From a virus: a stretch of 64,000 nt of DNA. Location of the stretch: IMG/VR virus record IMGVR_UViG_3300032046_000010, positions 1 to 64,000 of that record, one strand, 5' to 3'. The position numbers and the translations under genes are program-made. Below, piece by piece: positions 27,801 to 35,886 of the stretch. Position 1 is the stretch's first letter, and every line of letters begins with the position of its first letter. The notes beneath the pieces were generated by a model. It searched no databases and had not been told where the DNA came from. It saw only the letters and a list, made by a program, of their open reading frames with translations.

Positions 27801-28610
27801 GCTGAACTTGAACCTGTCGGGGTTGCTCATGAAGTCGTGAGTGCGGATACACAGCATGACCTCGTGGGTCTTGACGTGCTCCTTCTTGATGTAGTGGGCG
27901 TCCACGGTGGTCACCATCGGTCGGCCGAACCGCTTGTGGTACTTCAGCATCGCCCGGTTGACCATGGCCTGCTCTGGCATATTGGTCGGCTGGATCTCCA
28001 GATAGAAGTCCTCACCAAACAGGTCCACAAACCATTCCATGCGACGGTCGGCCAACTCCTGGTTGCGATGTACGATCTGGTGAGGGACCACACCCTCCAT
28101 ACAGCCGGATAGGACGATCAGCCCCTCGCGGTGCTTCTCCAGGGTCTCCAGGTCGATGCGTGGCCGCTTCCAGAACCCCTCAAGATAGCCCACAGAGGTC
28201 ATCTTGAACAGGTTGAGTAGCCCCACCTGATTCTTGGCCAAGACCGTCAGGTGATACCGTTGGCGGAGGCCCAGCTCAACCTCCCGCTTGTAGATGGCCT
28301 CCCCGATGCCCTTGCGGCCCTTGTTCTCCGCCCTGATCCGCTCGTCATCCTCCGGCGGCAGACCTCGTGCGTGGCGGCTCTCACACAGGTAAAACTCACA
28401 ACCGTAGATTGGCCACGGCCGCGCTTCGGGGTCCATGTTGAACACGTTCTCATGAAGCTTGTATGCTCCACGCATCGAGCCATGTTCTGTGAAGGCGATG
28501 GCCGGGTGCCCCAACTCGACCGTCCTGTTCAGGTAGTCTTGCTGCCGTCCCAAGCCGTCCAACAAGGAATATTCACTGTGTACGTGGAGGTGAACGAATG
28601 GCTTGCTCAT
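24840..28610 (-). CDS. dnaE: DNA polymerase III alpha subunit (family C)
   Basis: HLHVHSEYSLLDG, GPGRGSAGG, PDIDMDF, KMDVLGL, YGFNKSHS. Confidence 0.96.
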   Translation of the reverse strand: MSKPFVHLHVHSEYSLLDGLGRQQDYLNRTVELGHPAIAFTEHGSMRGAYKLHENVFNMDPEARPWPIYGCEFYLCESRHARGLPPEDDERIRAENKGRKGIGEAIYKREVELGLRQRYHLTVLAKNQVGLLNLFKMTSVGYLEGFWKRPRIDLETLEKHREGLIVLSGCMEGVVPHQIVHRNQELADRRMEWFVDLFGEDFYLEIQPTNMPEQAMVNRAMLKYHKRFGRPMVTTVDAHYIKKEHVKTHEVMLCIRTHDFMSNPDRFKFSVQDFWLKTWDEMLDAFRRSHPYMPEPEVRRAMLNTLEIAEKCQASFEVDRFKALVPAIDIPKHFDNDEFKYMMHLCWVGWESREMPRRIDELAVRRGITSSELHEQYIARLRHELKAIKKQNVVRYFLVVWDLYRWAKNDAHIECGPGRGSAGGCFVSYLLNITDTDPIEHGLIFERFLNPDRIDLPDIDMDFEDERREEVFTYLRHRYGEDKTAQISTLMTLKGKQCIKDISRVLQIPMSEVDEVTSSVIERSSGDERASQTIEDSFKDFEVCRKFNERHPEVLEHARVLESHVRGLGKHAAGFVVSPVPLVDIIPMEMRESAGKQEIITGFEMYGVQGVGLVKMDVLGLRNLTVMKRCLKAVKERHGVEINWDRIDLHDLNVLANFTAHAYAGVFQYDTPSADKITEGVQFTSFEDVAAMIALDRPGTARSGLAAEYLKRKKDPSKIKTIHPLVDQICSDTYGVIVYQEHVIKMFTDFAGFAPGTADSLRKKIAKKWGDAALGKERENFIKGAAARGHDPVLAAKLMDQITMFGSYGFNKSHSTAYGLISYREMFLKTYYPIEFMWALLSCEPDEQAIRRYVKEADRLGIKVKLPDINRSKASYIIDGPDILGSLVDVKGCGGIAAQSIEAVQPFKSFIDFIGRVDRRKVHKGVVLALARSGALDQLFPNRKWFVEHIEDVWKALAKSSGDVDVAEMLLRSRKEPQHSEQDAVWTAAEVCPLASGKHPLVPYQELLNDRMNVKWERMDDEDLYSRPHGFLHGILVEIKYNQIGDFHTGEAPSEETKLKMRWGARYANINVEDISGKNNRAKIDVDTFDEHRPIIDRGIGTPVAFHATIDAKWHSIRIHFMVDLDLLRRRLDAGEPLDVFERALLKGRHPVKQHSKDDIEQTASNAKSGFKAVGIVTHMNIRLDKRMSEMCFMGLLGYKGYIDLICFGSSWPSFKGKFNVGDIIEVRATNNGDAFTLESRDAERLKVLEARARIA

Positions 28611-29260
28611 GCTTTGTAACCGCTGTCTTCCATCCACTTGATAATCAGCGCCTTCAGGTCCTCACCGAAGTCCTCACGAAGCACCCATCGCAGGTAGTCT
28701 CGCTGATCCGGTCCCTCGACCACCAGCTGTGATACACGCTTCCCGCGATGTTGACCAAACATCAACACCGCATCCGGCTCCGACTCGCGGCCGGTTGGAC
28801 CTCCGACCTCAACCCATTTGGTTGGCTTCGGCTTCGTGACCAATGCCACGCGCCCCAAGATGCCGCGCCCGCACTTCTTGAACCTCCCGAAGCTAGCCAC
28901 CCTGACCGGCCTGAAACCATCCGCCTCCATCTGCTTGGCCCGCTCTTCATCGGACTTGGCGAATGCTTCCGACAGTGTGTTGCCGCAGTTGGGATGGGAC
29001 GGAGGTGTGGCCAAAATCCCGGCCACAGGATTCACTGCCCCCATCATGGGGATGTCAGGGATGCCGGTCTTTGGGCCTTTCTGCTGTGAAGGCTCCGGCT
29101 TGGACTCCGGTACAGGCACCAACCACTCAACAGCATCCTGCGTGGAAGCATCCACTTCCTGCGTGGGCTTCGGCTCCGGGTCAGGCCGCGCTTCCGGCTC
29201 CGGCTCCGCCTTGGGAGCCTGACCGCTGTAGCGCTGCCGTACCTCATCAAGCGTCGGCAT
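28607..29260 (-). CDS. hypothetical protein with N-terminal MPTL motif and C-terminal DUF3820/ExoX-C-like domain
   Basis: LMFGQHRGKRVSQL...DYLRWVL; TGATG-coupled start. Confidence 0.7.
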   Translation of the reverse strand: MPTLDEVRQRYSGQAPKAEPEPEARPDPEPKPTQEVDASTQDAVEWLVPVPESKPEPSQQKGPKTGIPDIPMMGAVNPVAGILATPPSHPNCGNTLSEAFAKSDEERAKQMEADGFRPVRVASFGRFKKCGRGILGRVALVTKPKPTKWVEVGGPTGRESEPDAVLMFGQHRGKRVSQLVVEGPDQRDYLRWVLREDFGEDLKALIIKWMEDSGYKA

Positions 29261-29880
29261 CAGCCCACCGCCAGCAGTTCCTTGGCTCGTTGAAGGGTCG
29301 CAGACCGATCCAGGCCTGTCGTGTCCAGTCTGTAGACCTCCAAGCCCTCGACCCACGATACAGCCTCACAACACTTGGAGATCAGCTCAGCCTCCCTCGA
29401 CATCCACCCCTTCAAGCTCAACCCCATCTCTTCAGCACGCCCCAAGATGCGCGCTGGGAAGATCCTGTCGCCCGTCCGCTCCATCCTCTTGTTGAGGTCA
29501 CAGACCAGTTCCAGAACAACTCCATGCGCATCCCGCAACATCCGACCCCAGACGGCTGCGACCTCCCCGCCTTGCCCCTCCGGCAAACAAGTGAACACAT
29601 GATCCAGATCCATCGCATTGTAGGCAAGCGCTGAAGGCATCCCACGGTCACAGATCACGTCCGGCCGGAGCGCCCGAAACACGTCCATCTGGAACATGTC
29701 CTCGACCCACGTGTTGACCGGGAACACGGAGTGGATGCTGACCGGAAGGATGGAGCCGGGGGTGTGGTCGTCGCCGTCGCGTCTGAAGCTGCGGTACAAC
29801 GGGCGGTTGATGTCCTTGGACAGCGCTTTCCCCAGCGTGGTCTTGCCGGTCCCGATGCCGCCTTCCAACACGATGATCAT
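29260..29880 (-). CDS. P-loop deoxynucleotide monophosphate kinase-like protein
   Basis: IIVLEGGIGTGKTT; VICDRG.PSALAY. Confidence 0.8.
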   Translation of the reverse strand: MIIVLEGGIGTGKTTLGKALSKDINRPLYRSFRRDGDDHTPGSILPVSIHSVFPVNTWVEDMFQMDVFRALRPDVICDRGMPSALAYNAMDLDHVFTCLPEGQGGEVAAVWGRMLRDAHGVVLELVCDLNKRMERTGDRIFPARILGRAEEMGLSLKGWMSREAELISKCCEAVSWVEGLEVYRLDTTGLDRSATLQRAKELLAVG

Positions 29881-31145
29881 GGCTGGCCTCCGAAACAACG
29901 CGATGCCGCCCGGTCCAGTCTGGCCAAGGCTTGCTCCATCAACTCCGGCGGTGAGTTGAGTGGTGGACAGATGCGGAGCGGCCGGTGAGGCAGATGCGCC
30001 ATCAACAGCAGTCCTTCCTCCATCGCCCGATCACGGAAGGCAAAGGCATCGCTGTCTCCCCACTTCGGCGTCAGCGACCAGACCAACCCGGTCCCTTCCG
30101 CCTTGTCCACCCAACGGCGACAAGCGAAGCCGTTGCGCAGAATGGTCTCACAGTTGCGCACGTTCTCCAACACTCCGCGTTCCAAGCCGTCGATCAGCCA
30201 GTTGATGAGGTAGCCCGCCAACAGGTTCCCGCCGAACGTGCTGAAGTGGGTCCCGGGCTCAAAGCCCTTGGATGCTTCCTCCGTCGCCAAGCAAGCTCCG
30301 GCCGGGATGCCCATCGCCAACCCCTTGGCCAACGTGAGGATGTCCGGCTTGAACCGCTCGCCGCTCACGTCGGTGACAGCCGGGTTCATCCAAGCACACG
30401 GATAGCCGGTGCGCCCCATCCCCGACTGAACTTCATCGAAGATCACCAGGAACCCGTGCTTGGCCCGAAGCTCCGACAACCTGGACCAAAACACGGGGCC
30501 GTAGAAGCGCATCTGGTTGTGCGTCAGAACCGGAGACATGATGAGCGCCGCAATATCGGGCCAGTTGATGAGGAATCTCGCATCCGAAGGAACCTCAGAC
30601 GGTGTGGTGTGTAGATGGTATGTTTCCAAGTCCTGTTCGGCCATGTAGAATCCAGACGCAAACGGACCAAATCCCTGCTTGTAGTACGGCGTGGCGTTGG
30701 TCTGTGTGGCAGCGAGACTGAACCCTGTGCGACCGTGAAGTTGATCTGGCAATGACAAAATCACCTTGCGCCCTGGCTCCCCCTTGATATGGTGATAGCG
30801 CCTCGCCAGCTTGATGGCGGCTTCATTGGCCTCCGTCCCGCTGTTCGCAAAGAACACACGGTCCATGCCGCAGAACGCCGTCAGCCGGTCGGCCGTCGCC
30901 GTCCGTTCCGGCACGTTGTACCCGTTGGACACATGGACAGCCTGGGTGCTGTTGACCATGAAACACTCGATGGCACGCCTGAGATCCGTGTGCCCCAGCG
31001 AGGCCACTCCGCCATCACACCACAGGTCGAAGTATTGCCGGCCGTCCCGGTCGATCAGGAACCCATCAGCCGCGCCTTCGATGGTGGGCTCCAACGGCGG
31101 GAGCGAAGTGCGGATCAACGACCTGGGGTCAGCCTTCCCGCCCAT
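29877..31145 (-). CDS. class-III PLP-dependent aminotransferase
   Basis: NSGTEANEAA, HGRT, FDEVQSGMGRTG, PDILTLAKG, STFGGN. Confidence 0.92.
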   Translation of the reverse strand: MGGKADPRSLIRTSLPPLEPTIEGAADGFLIDRDGRQYFDLWCDGGVASLGHTDLRRAIECFMVNSTQAVHVSNGYNVPERTATADRLTAFCGMDRVFFANSGTEANEAAIKLARRYHHIKGEPGRKVILSLPDQLHGRTGFSLAATQTNATPYYKQGFGPFASGFYMAEQDLETYHLHTTPSEVPSDARFLINWPDIAALIMSPVLTHNQMRFYGPVFWSRLSELRAKHGFLVIFDEVQSGMGRTGYPCAWMNPAVTDVSGERFKPDILTLAKGLAMGIPAGACLATEEASKGFEPGTHFSTFGGNLLAGYLINWLIDGLERGVLENVRNCETILRNGFACRRWVDKAEGTGLVWSLTPKWGDSDAFAFRDRAMEEGLLLMAHLPHRPLRICPPLNSPPELMEQALARLDRAASRCFGGQP

Positions 31146-31149
31146 GACA

Positions 31150-32115
31150 TCATTCTCCCTTCGGCTTGGACCAACGGAACGGGTCGTGCCCCCACAGTTC
31201 CGCGTAGCCTGCGATGCGATCAACCGTGTCCTGATCCCCAGTCACTTCCCCGATCAGGTCGCCGTCCGGCTGGCGTCCGTGGTTCTCACAGTCGGCCACG
31301 AGGTACAGCGGGCAGGGCGCATGAGCATCCGACCCGTCGATGCGTCGCTGGTTCTCCAGGCGGTAGACGCAAGCGTTGAAGGTGTCGGTCAGCTTGTCCA
31401 CGCACGGTGGTGCGATGACCCGCCGGAACAGTGGGTCCACCTTGCGCTCCAGCTCAGCAACGATACCACGGATGATGGGTCCCCACAGACCGTATTGCAG
31501 GATCCAGCAGGACCGCTCCCCGATGATGTGGAGCAGAGCCGCCAGGTTGAGCGACCATGAGATGCGGTGCGTGGCCCCCAACGGGATCACGTCCCTGGCA
31601 TCCTCCATCGGCACGCCCGCCTCGACCAGTGCGTTGTAGGACCGCTCCGCCGATGCCATCGCCTGTTCGAACAGCGCAGCCGCCTTCGGTCGTTGGAACA
31701 CAGCATCGGCCGTCCTGTACTGCCCCTTCCTGGCGAACTCACCCATGCTCTGGATACGCATCGACTGCGACCAGAACCCGCTCTTGGCTAGGTCGGGCAC
31801 GATGTCAAGTCCCATCCGCTCCGGCGAGGCGCAGACGCCGATGCGGTGACGCACCATCTGCTCACGGAAGGACACCGACACGTCCTCCAGCATGAACACG
31901 AACCCCACGTGCTCAGCGATGGGGATGCGCTGCTCCAGGATCTGGAGGAACAGAGCATCGACCTCCCGCTTGAAGTCGGGGTCTTGGTTGCGCTTCAGTG
32001 CCAGCGCATCAGGCAGCATCAGCTGTTCCTCGCCCTTGCTGGCCTGCCAGACCGTGTAGATGGTCTCGACCGGGTTGCGGGTGCACGACAACAACGTCGC
32101 CTTGGGGTCGCTCAT
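31150..32115 (-). CDS. thyX: FAD-dependent thymidylate synthase homolog (divergent)
   Basis: EH.GFVF, EQMVRHR, SQSMR, GVPMEDARDVIP. Confidence 0.85.
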   Translation of the reverse strand: MSDPKATLLSCTRNPVETIYTVWQASKGEEQLMLPDALALKRNQDPDFKREVDALFLQILEQRIPIAEHVGFVFMLEDVSVSFREQMVRHRIGVCASPERMGLDIVPDLAKSGFWSQSMRIQSMGEFARKGQYRTADAVFQRPKAAALFEQAMASAERSYNALVEAGVPMEDARDVIPLGATHRISWSLNLAALLHIIGERSCWILQYGLWGPIIRGIVAELERKVDPLFRRVIAPPCVDKLTDTFNACVYRLENQRRIDGSDAHAPCPLYLVADCENHGRQPDGDLIGEVTGDQDTVDRIAGYAELWGHDPFRWSKPKGE

Positions 32116-33083
32116 CCTTCCACCTTCCTGTACTTGTCCTTGATGGCCTGCTCTGCCCTTCTGGCGACGATGCGCAGGACATCAACCCAGTCCCTCGCCC
32201 GCTCGATGTTCGAGCCGTCCGCCAGCCCTTGGTTGTTGGGCTGGTCGAACATGATGGTGTGGACACCGTGTCTGGACAGTTCCCAGACCTCACGAGGCAT
32301 GTCGTCCACGGCCGCGATCACCGTCGCCGGAGCTATGCGTCTGGTGATGGCGTCCCACTTGTCGTGATCGAACAGCAGCAAGTCCCGCTGGAACCCGTGC
32401 TCATCCAACCAGTCCGTCGTGTCGAGGTACAAGCGGGGGTACTCACGCACCGGCCGCGCCGTCAACACCACGACCTTGACACCCAGTTCACGTATCAATG
32501 CGATGGCATCCGCCGCTCCAGGGATAGGCTTGAGCTTCCGCAACGCTCCGGTCTGGTACAACTCACGCCTGTGATCCAAGTAGGCTTGCGCCTTCGCAGA
32601 ATCGCCCTCCGGCACCGGGCCGATCATGCCTTGTGTCGCCGGGTCGCCCAGGAAGTCGGCCAACACACCATCCAAGTCGGTGACGAACACCAGCGTGCCC
32701 TCGCGCAGCTTGACCTGCTCTGCCTCCCACCGTTGGGCAACCGTCCGCGTCTTGGCGTGGAAGCCCTCACACCATTCACAACCCTGGATGCCGCAGGTCA
32801 GCAACACAGCGATGATGTACTTGAACGTGTCCACTGCTTCCTCAATCACCCGCTCCCGGTCAGCCGGTCGGGCAGAGGCCAACAAATGGTAGCGTGATCG
32901 GTCGGTGGCCTTCTGAAGCTCCGCCAGTTCCTCGTGCGCTCCCAACAGCAAATCCTTGATCAGCAATGCCCGCTGGTCCGGGTCCAGCTGTGCCGCATCG
33001 TGCCACAGACGCTGTTGTTCTGCTTGCGCTGCCCATAGCTTCAGGATGGGGCAATCGTCGCCTACCTTCAAGTCACAGGCCAT
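32112..33083 (-). CDS. dimeric dUTPase/MazG-like domain fused to a HAD 5'-nucleotidase-like domain
   Basis: EELAEL...IEEAVD; DLDGVLADF; AVDD. Confidence 0.8.
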   Translation of the reverse strand: MACDLKVGDDCPILKLWAAQAEQQRLWHDAAQLDPDQRALLIKDLLLGAHEELAELQKATDRSRYHLLASARPADRERVIEEAVDTFKYIIAVLLTCGIQGCEWCEGFHAKTRTVAQRWEAEQVKLREGTLVFVTDLDGVLADFLGDPATQGMIGPVPEGDSAKAQAYLDHRRELYQTGALRKLKPIPGAADAIALIRELGVKVVVLTARPVREYPRLYLDTTDWLDEHGFQRDLLLFDHDKWDAITRRIAPATVIAAVDDMPREVWELSRHGVHTIMFDQPNNQGLADGSNIERARDWVDVLRIVARRAEQAIKDKYRKVEG

Positions 33084-34050
33084 TCGCCGCCCTCCACCGC
33101 TCCGCCCGCTCCAACGCCTTGTCCATCGTCATCCGGGGGTCCCATTGAGCGAACCGGCCCAACACCAACACGTTGGACGGATGCTGGAACACCGGAACCT
33201 CCCCGAACACATGAGCGGTGCGGATGTATCGCGGCTTGCCGACAATGCTGGCGTCGGAGCCGAACACAGAGTTCACGTCCAACATCAGCGCCCGCTCCGA
33301 CACACCTTCAGCGTTGTAGGCTCCGTCTGGCAGCGGTGACAAGCGATACAGGGAGTTGCCCGGCGTGTACGGCGTGTACACGAAGTCCCAGTCCACGAAG
33401 TCCCGACAGGATGGCGCTTCAACCCTCGCCATGTAGGCGTCTGAAGCATGGAGCGGAACCGGCGAACGGATGCCCAGCATCGACAACGTCAGTGGTAGCG
33501 GCAGCGTCCAGACCAGATGGCTGTACTCCAAGTGTTCCTGGTCGTCGCCGCTCAGGGCCGACCGGCGAACGTCCAGTGTGTTCGCTCCTGGGTACCAAGC
33601 CACAACTCCCTTGCGCAACACCTTGACTCGGTCCTCCACAGCCCGCCCCAACGCTCCCACGGACACCATGTACCGCTGCGGGCCTGCTTGCCCGCCCTCG
33701 TTCATCGCTGTGTCGTGGAACCCATAGGTGGTCCGGCGAGTCTTGGTGTAGTGGTGAAGCACAAACTGGCGCAACGGTTCCTTCCCGAAGTGGTCGGCCG
33801 CAGCCTTGAATGAGTACACACGCCCCTTCAGATACAGGCCAGAACGCACAGCCCGCTGCTCACATCGGATACCCCAGACCTTGAAAGTGCTGTCGAACAG
33901 TTCTGACTGATGGATGTAGAACAGCCCGCCTCCGCCGGGGTTGCCCCCGGTTCCAAGCGGGTCGATGACAGTGACCTCGTGGTGTTTGGCCAGCACCAGA
34001 GCCGCTGCGACTCCGGCCGGGCCTCCGCCCACGATGATGATCGGCTTCAT
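33073..34050 (-). CDS. FAD-dependent oxidoreductase/mutase (UDP-galactopyranose mutase-like superfamily)
   Basis: IIVGGGPAG; LVWTLP; LGRFAQW...MDKAL C-terminal motif. Confidence 0.8.
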   Translation of the reverse strand: MKPIIIVGGGPAGVAAALVLAKHHEVTVIDPLGTGGNPGGGGLFYIHQSELFDSTFKVWGIRCEQRAVRSGLYLKGRVYSFKAAADHFGKEPLRQFVLHHYTKTRRTTYGFHDTAMNEGGQAGPQRYMVSVGALGRAVEDRVKVLRKGVVAWYPGANTLDVRRSALSGDDQEHLEYSHLVWTLPLPLTLSMLGIRSPVPLHASDAYMARVEAPSCRDFVDWDFVYTPYTPGNSLYRLSPLPDGAYNAEGVSERALMLDVNSVFGSDASIVGKPRYIRTAHVFGEVPVFQHPSNVLVLGRFAQWDPRMTMDKALERAERWRAANGL

Positions 34051-35159
34051 GGCGGGGCCTCCAACGGTGGCGGCTGGTTGCGTGGCGGGGGCATCTCCAG
34101 GATGCCTTCACGCATCATCCGCCCGATCAGCTTGGCAGCCGCTCGGGCAAGGTCGGGAGTCCGCACGCCTCGCCAAGCAACCGGCATCGCCGGGTCCGTC
34201 AACTGCTTCAGCTTGGCTCCCGGTAGCGCCAAAGCCTTGTCCCAAGTGGTGCTGAACGCGATGTCCAACCGCTTGGCCAGAGGCTTCAGCTTGATCACGC
34301 AGACCTTGGCATAATGGCCGCTCGTGGCGATGTACACAGTGATGTAGTTTGACTTGTCAGTCACACGGTTGACGAACACGTCGCCCGGGAGCGCCCCGCT
34401 GCGCTTGGCCTTCCAATCGTACCCCAACCTGAACAGAGACAACTGGAGCCGCTTCAGGAAAGCATCGACCAGCGGTTCAAGGTCGCTGAACCGCCCTGGA
34501 TCGGTCGGCCGCTTCCGCTTCTCACGCTTCACCAACTTGGCCACCAGCGTGCCCTTGGCCTTCCCGGTCGCCTTCGGAACCACGATGGCAGGTGGCGTGA
34601 TCTTGTTGATGTACTTCCGCTCGATGTCGGCCAGTTCCACGTTGAGCGCATGAGGGTCCGTCCGCTCATCCATGAACCGCTCCGCCGTCAAGGAGTGTTC
34701 CATCAGGTACAGCTTCAGCGAGTAGCAGCGCGCACGCCAAGTACAAGCCGACTCGACATGCCCAGACGCCTTGTTGTAGCCTCCGTCGCAGGTCGAACAG
34801 TGGTCATGGTAGCCCAGGCACTCAGGTACGGTCACCGTCATCCGCGCCTCCTGCTGCGGGAAGCCTACGTCATCAATCCACGGGATGGGAATCGAATCTT
34901 CAATGCCGTCATTGCCCCTTACCCTGAACTCATCCCAGCACACCTGGCCGACCATCACCAACGTTGAAGCCCACCCGGCATCCCCGTCGCTCACGAACGC
35001 CACTTGGCCCCAACAGTAGCGTTCTGTGTTGATCGTCCGCTTCCCATCCTTCCATGAGGCCCATCCGCCGGGCATCGGCTTCGGGCCTAGACTGTGACGC
35101 CGGATGATGCGGGACACGAACCTGAAGTCCAGAGGCTTGATGGACTCGTGGATTGCCAT
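34047..35159 (-). CDS. hypothetical protein with Cys cluster
   Basis: Starts MAIHES immediately after the sigma stop; PECLG...CSTC...C...C. Confidence 0.7.
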   Translation of the reverse strand: MAIHESIKPLDFRFVSRIIRRHSLGPKPMPGGWASWKDGKRTINTERYCWGQVAFVSDGDAGWASTLVMVGQVCWDEFRVRGNDGIEDSIPIPWIDDVGFPQQEARMTVTVPECLGYHDHCSTCDGGYNKASGHVESACTWRARCYSLKLYLMEHSLTAERFMDERTDPHALNVELADIERKYINKITPPAIVVPKATGKAKGTLVAKLVKREKRKRPTDPGRFSDLEPLVDAFLKRLQLSLFRLGYDWKAKRSGALPGDVFVNRVTDKSNYITVYIATSGHYAKVCVIKLKPLAKRLDIAFSTTWDKALALPGAKLKQLTDPAMPVAWRGVRTPDLARAAAKLIGRMMREGILEMPPPRNQPPPLEAPP

Positions 35160-35160
35160 C

Positions 35161-35805
35161 TCAAGCCTCCCGCAAAACCTGACGAGCACGTGCCAGAGCG
35201 GACTTGACCCTGGCGGCCGGGATGCCCAGATGTTCCGCCAACATGTTCTCGGTGATGATCGGCTTCCCGGGTCGAACGTTGCGAGCCATGATCTCCAGTT
35301 CAGGTGGAGGACACAACCGTGCAGACAACACCAGCCGGTCCACCTCATCCAACCGCTGGATGATGCGCTCGGTGACCCAGGCCTGCTGCTCATGTTCCTG
35401 GGTAGCTTCCAAACAGGCTGGGTCCGTCACGTCAGCATCGTTTTCCGCTGTGGAGCCGAACCCGGCCAAGCGCTGGTGCTTGGGAGACACACCATCGCCT
35501 TCATCGATGCGTGGTGCTCGTTTCAGCGCCAGTTCGTAGTTGACGATGGCCAACAGCGCGTTGCGCACAACCAGGTCAACCCAAGTGCGGAGTGCCCGGC
35601 CGCGCTCCGGCTTGTGCGTGGCCACGGCATAGATGGCGGCGATGCGAGCCTCTTGAAGCAGTTCAAAATGGTTCAAACCTGGGATGCGCTTGAACGGACG
35701 CGCCTTGGCATGGATCACGTCCTCCAGTTGAGGCAACAGCTTCGCCAGCGTCGGCTTCAACTCGTCAGGGCATGTCCAGCCTGTAGGAACGATATGCGGT
35801 GCCAC
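35161..35805 (-). CDS. sigma70-family RNA polymerase sigma factor (regions 2 and 4)
   Basis: ELLQEARIAA...KPERG..LRTW...VRN; LAEHLGIPAARVKSALARAR HTH; AGGAGG then GTG start. Confidence 0.8.
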   Translation of the reverse strand: MAPHIVPTGWTCPDELKPTLAKLLPQLEDVIHAKARPFKRIPGLNHFELLQEARIAAIYAVATHKPERGRALRTWVDLVVRNALLAIVNYELALKRAPRIDEGDGVSPKHQRLAGFGSTAENDADVTDPACLEATQEHEQQAWVTERIIQRLDEVDRLVLSARLCPPPELEIMARNVRPGKPIITENMLAEHLGIPAARVKSALARARQVLREA

Positions 35806-35886
35806 CCATCCCTCCTGTCCCCATCCCAACGCCCGCCTGCTCCCTCTGAAGCAACCGGGCGCTGAGTCGGAACGGGAAGCCGGTGG

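Noticed and set aside
24840-28610. Intein or intron in dnaE (also checked by eye in recA and dnaB)
   Set aside because: Lengths are normal and no intein-terminal or LAGLIDADG motifs were seen
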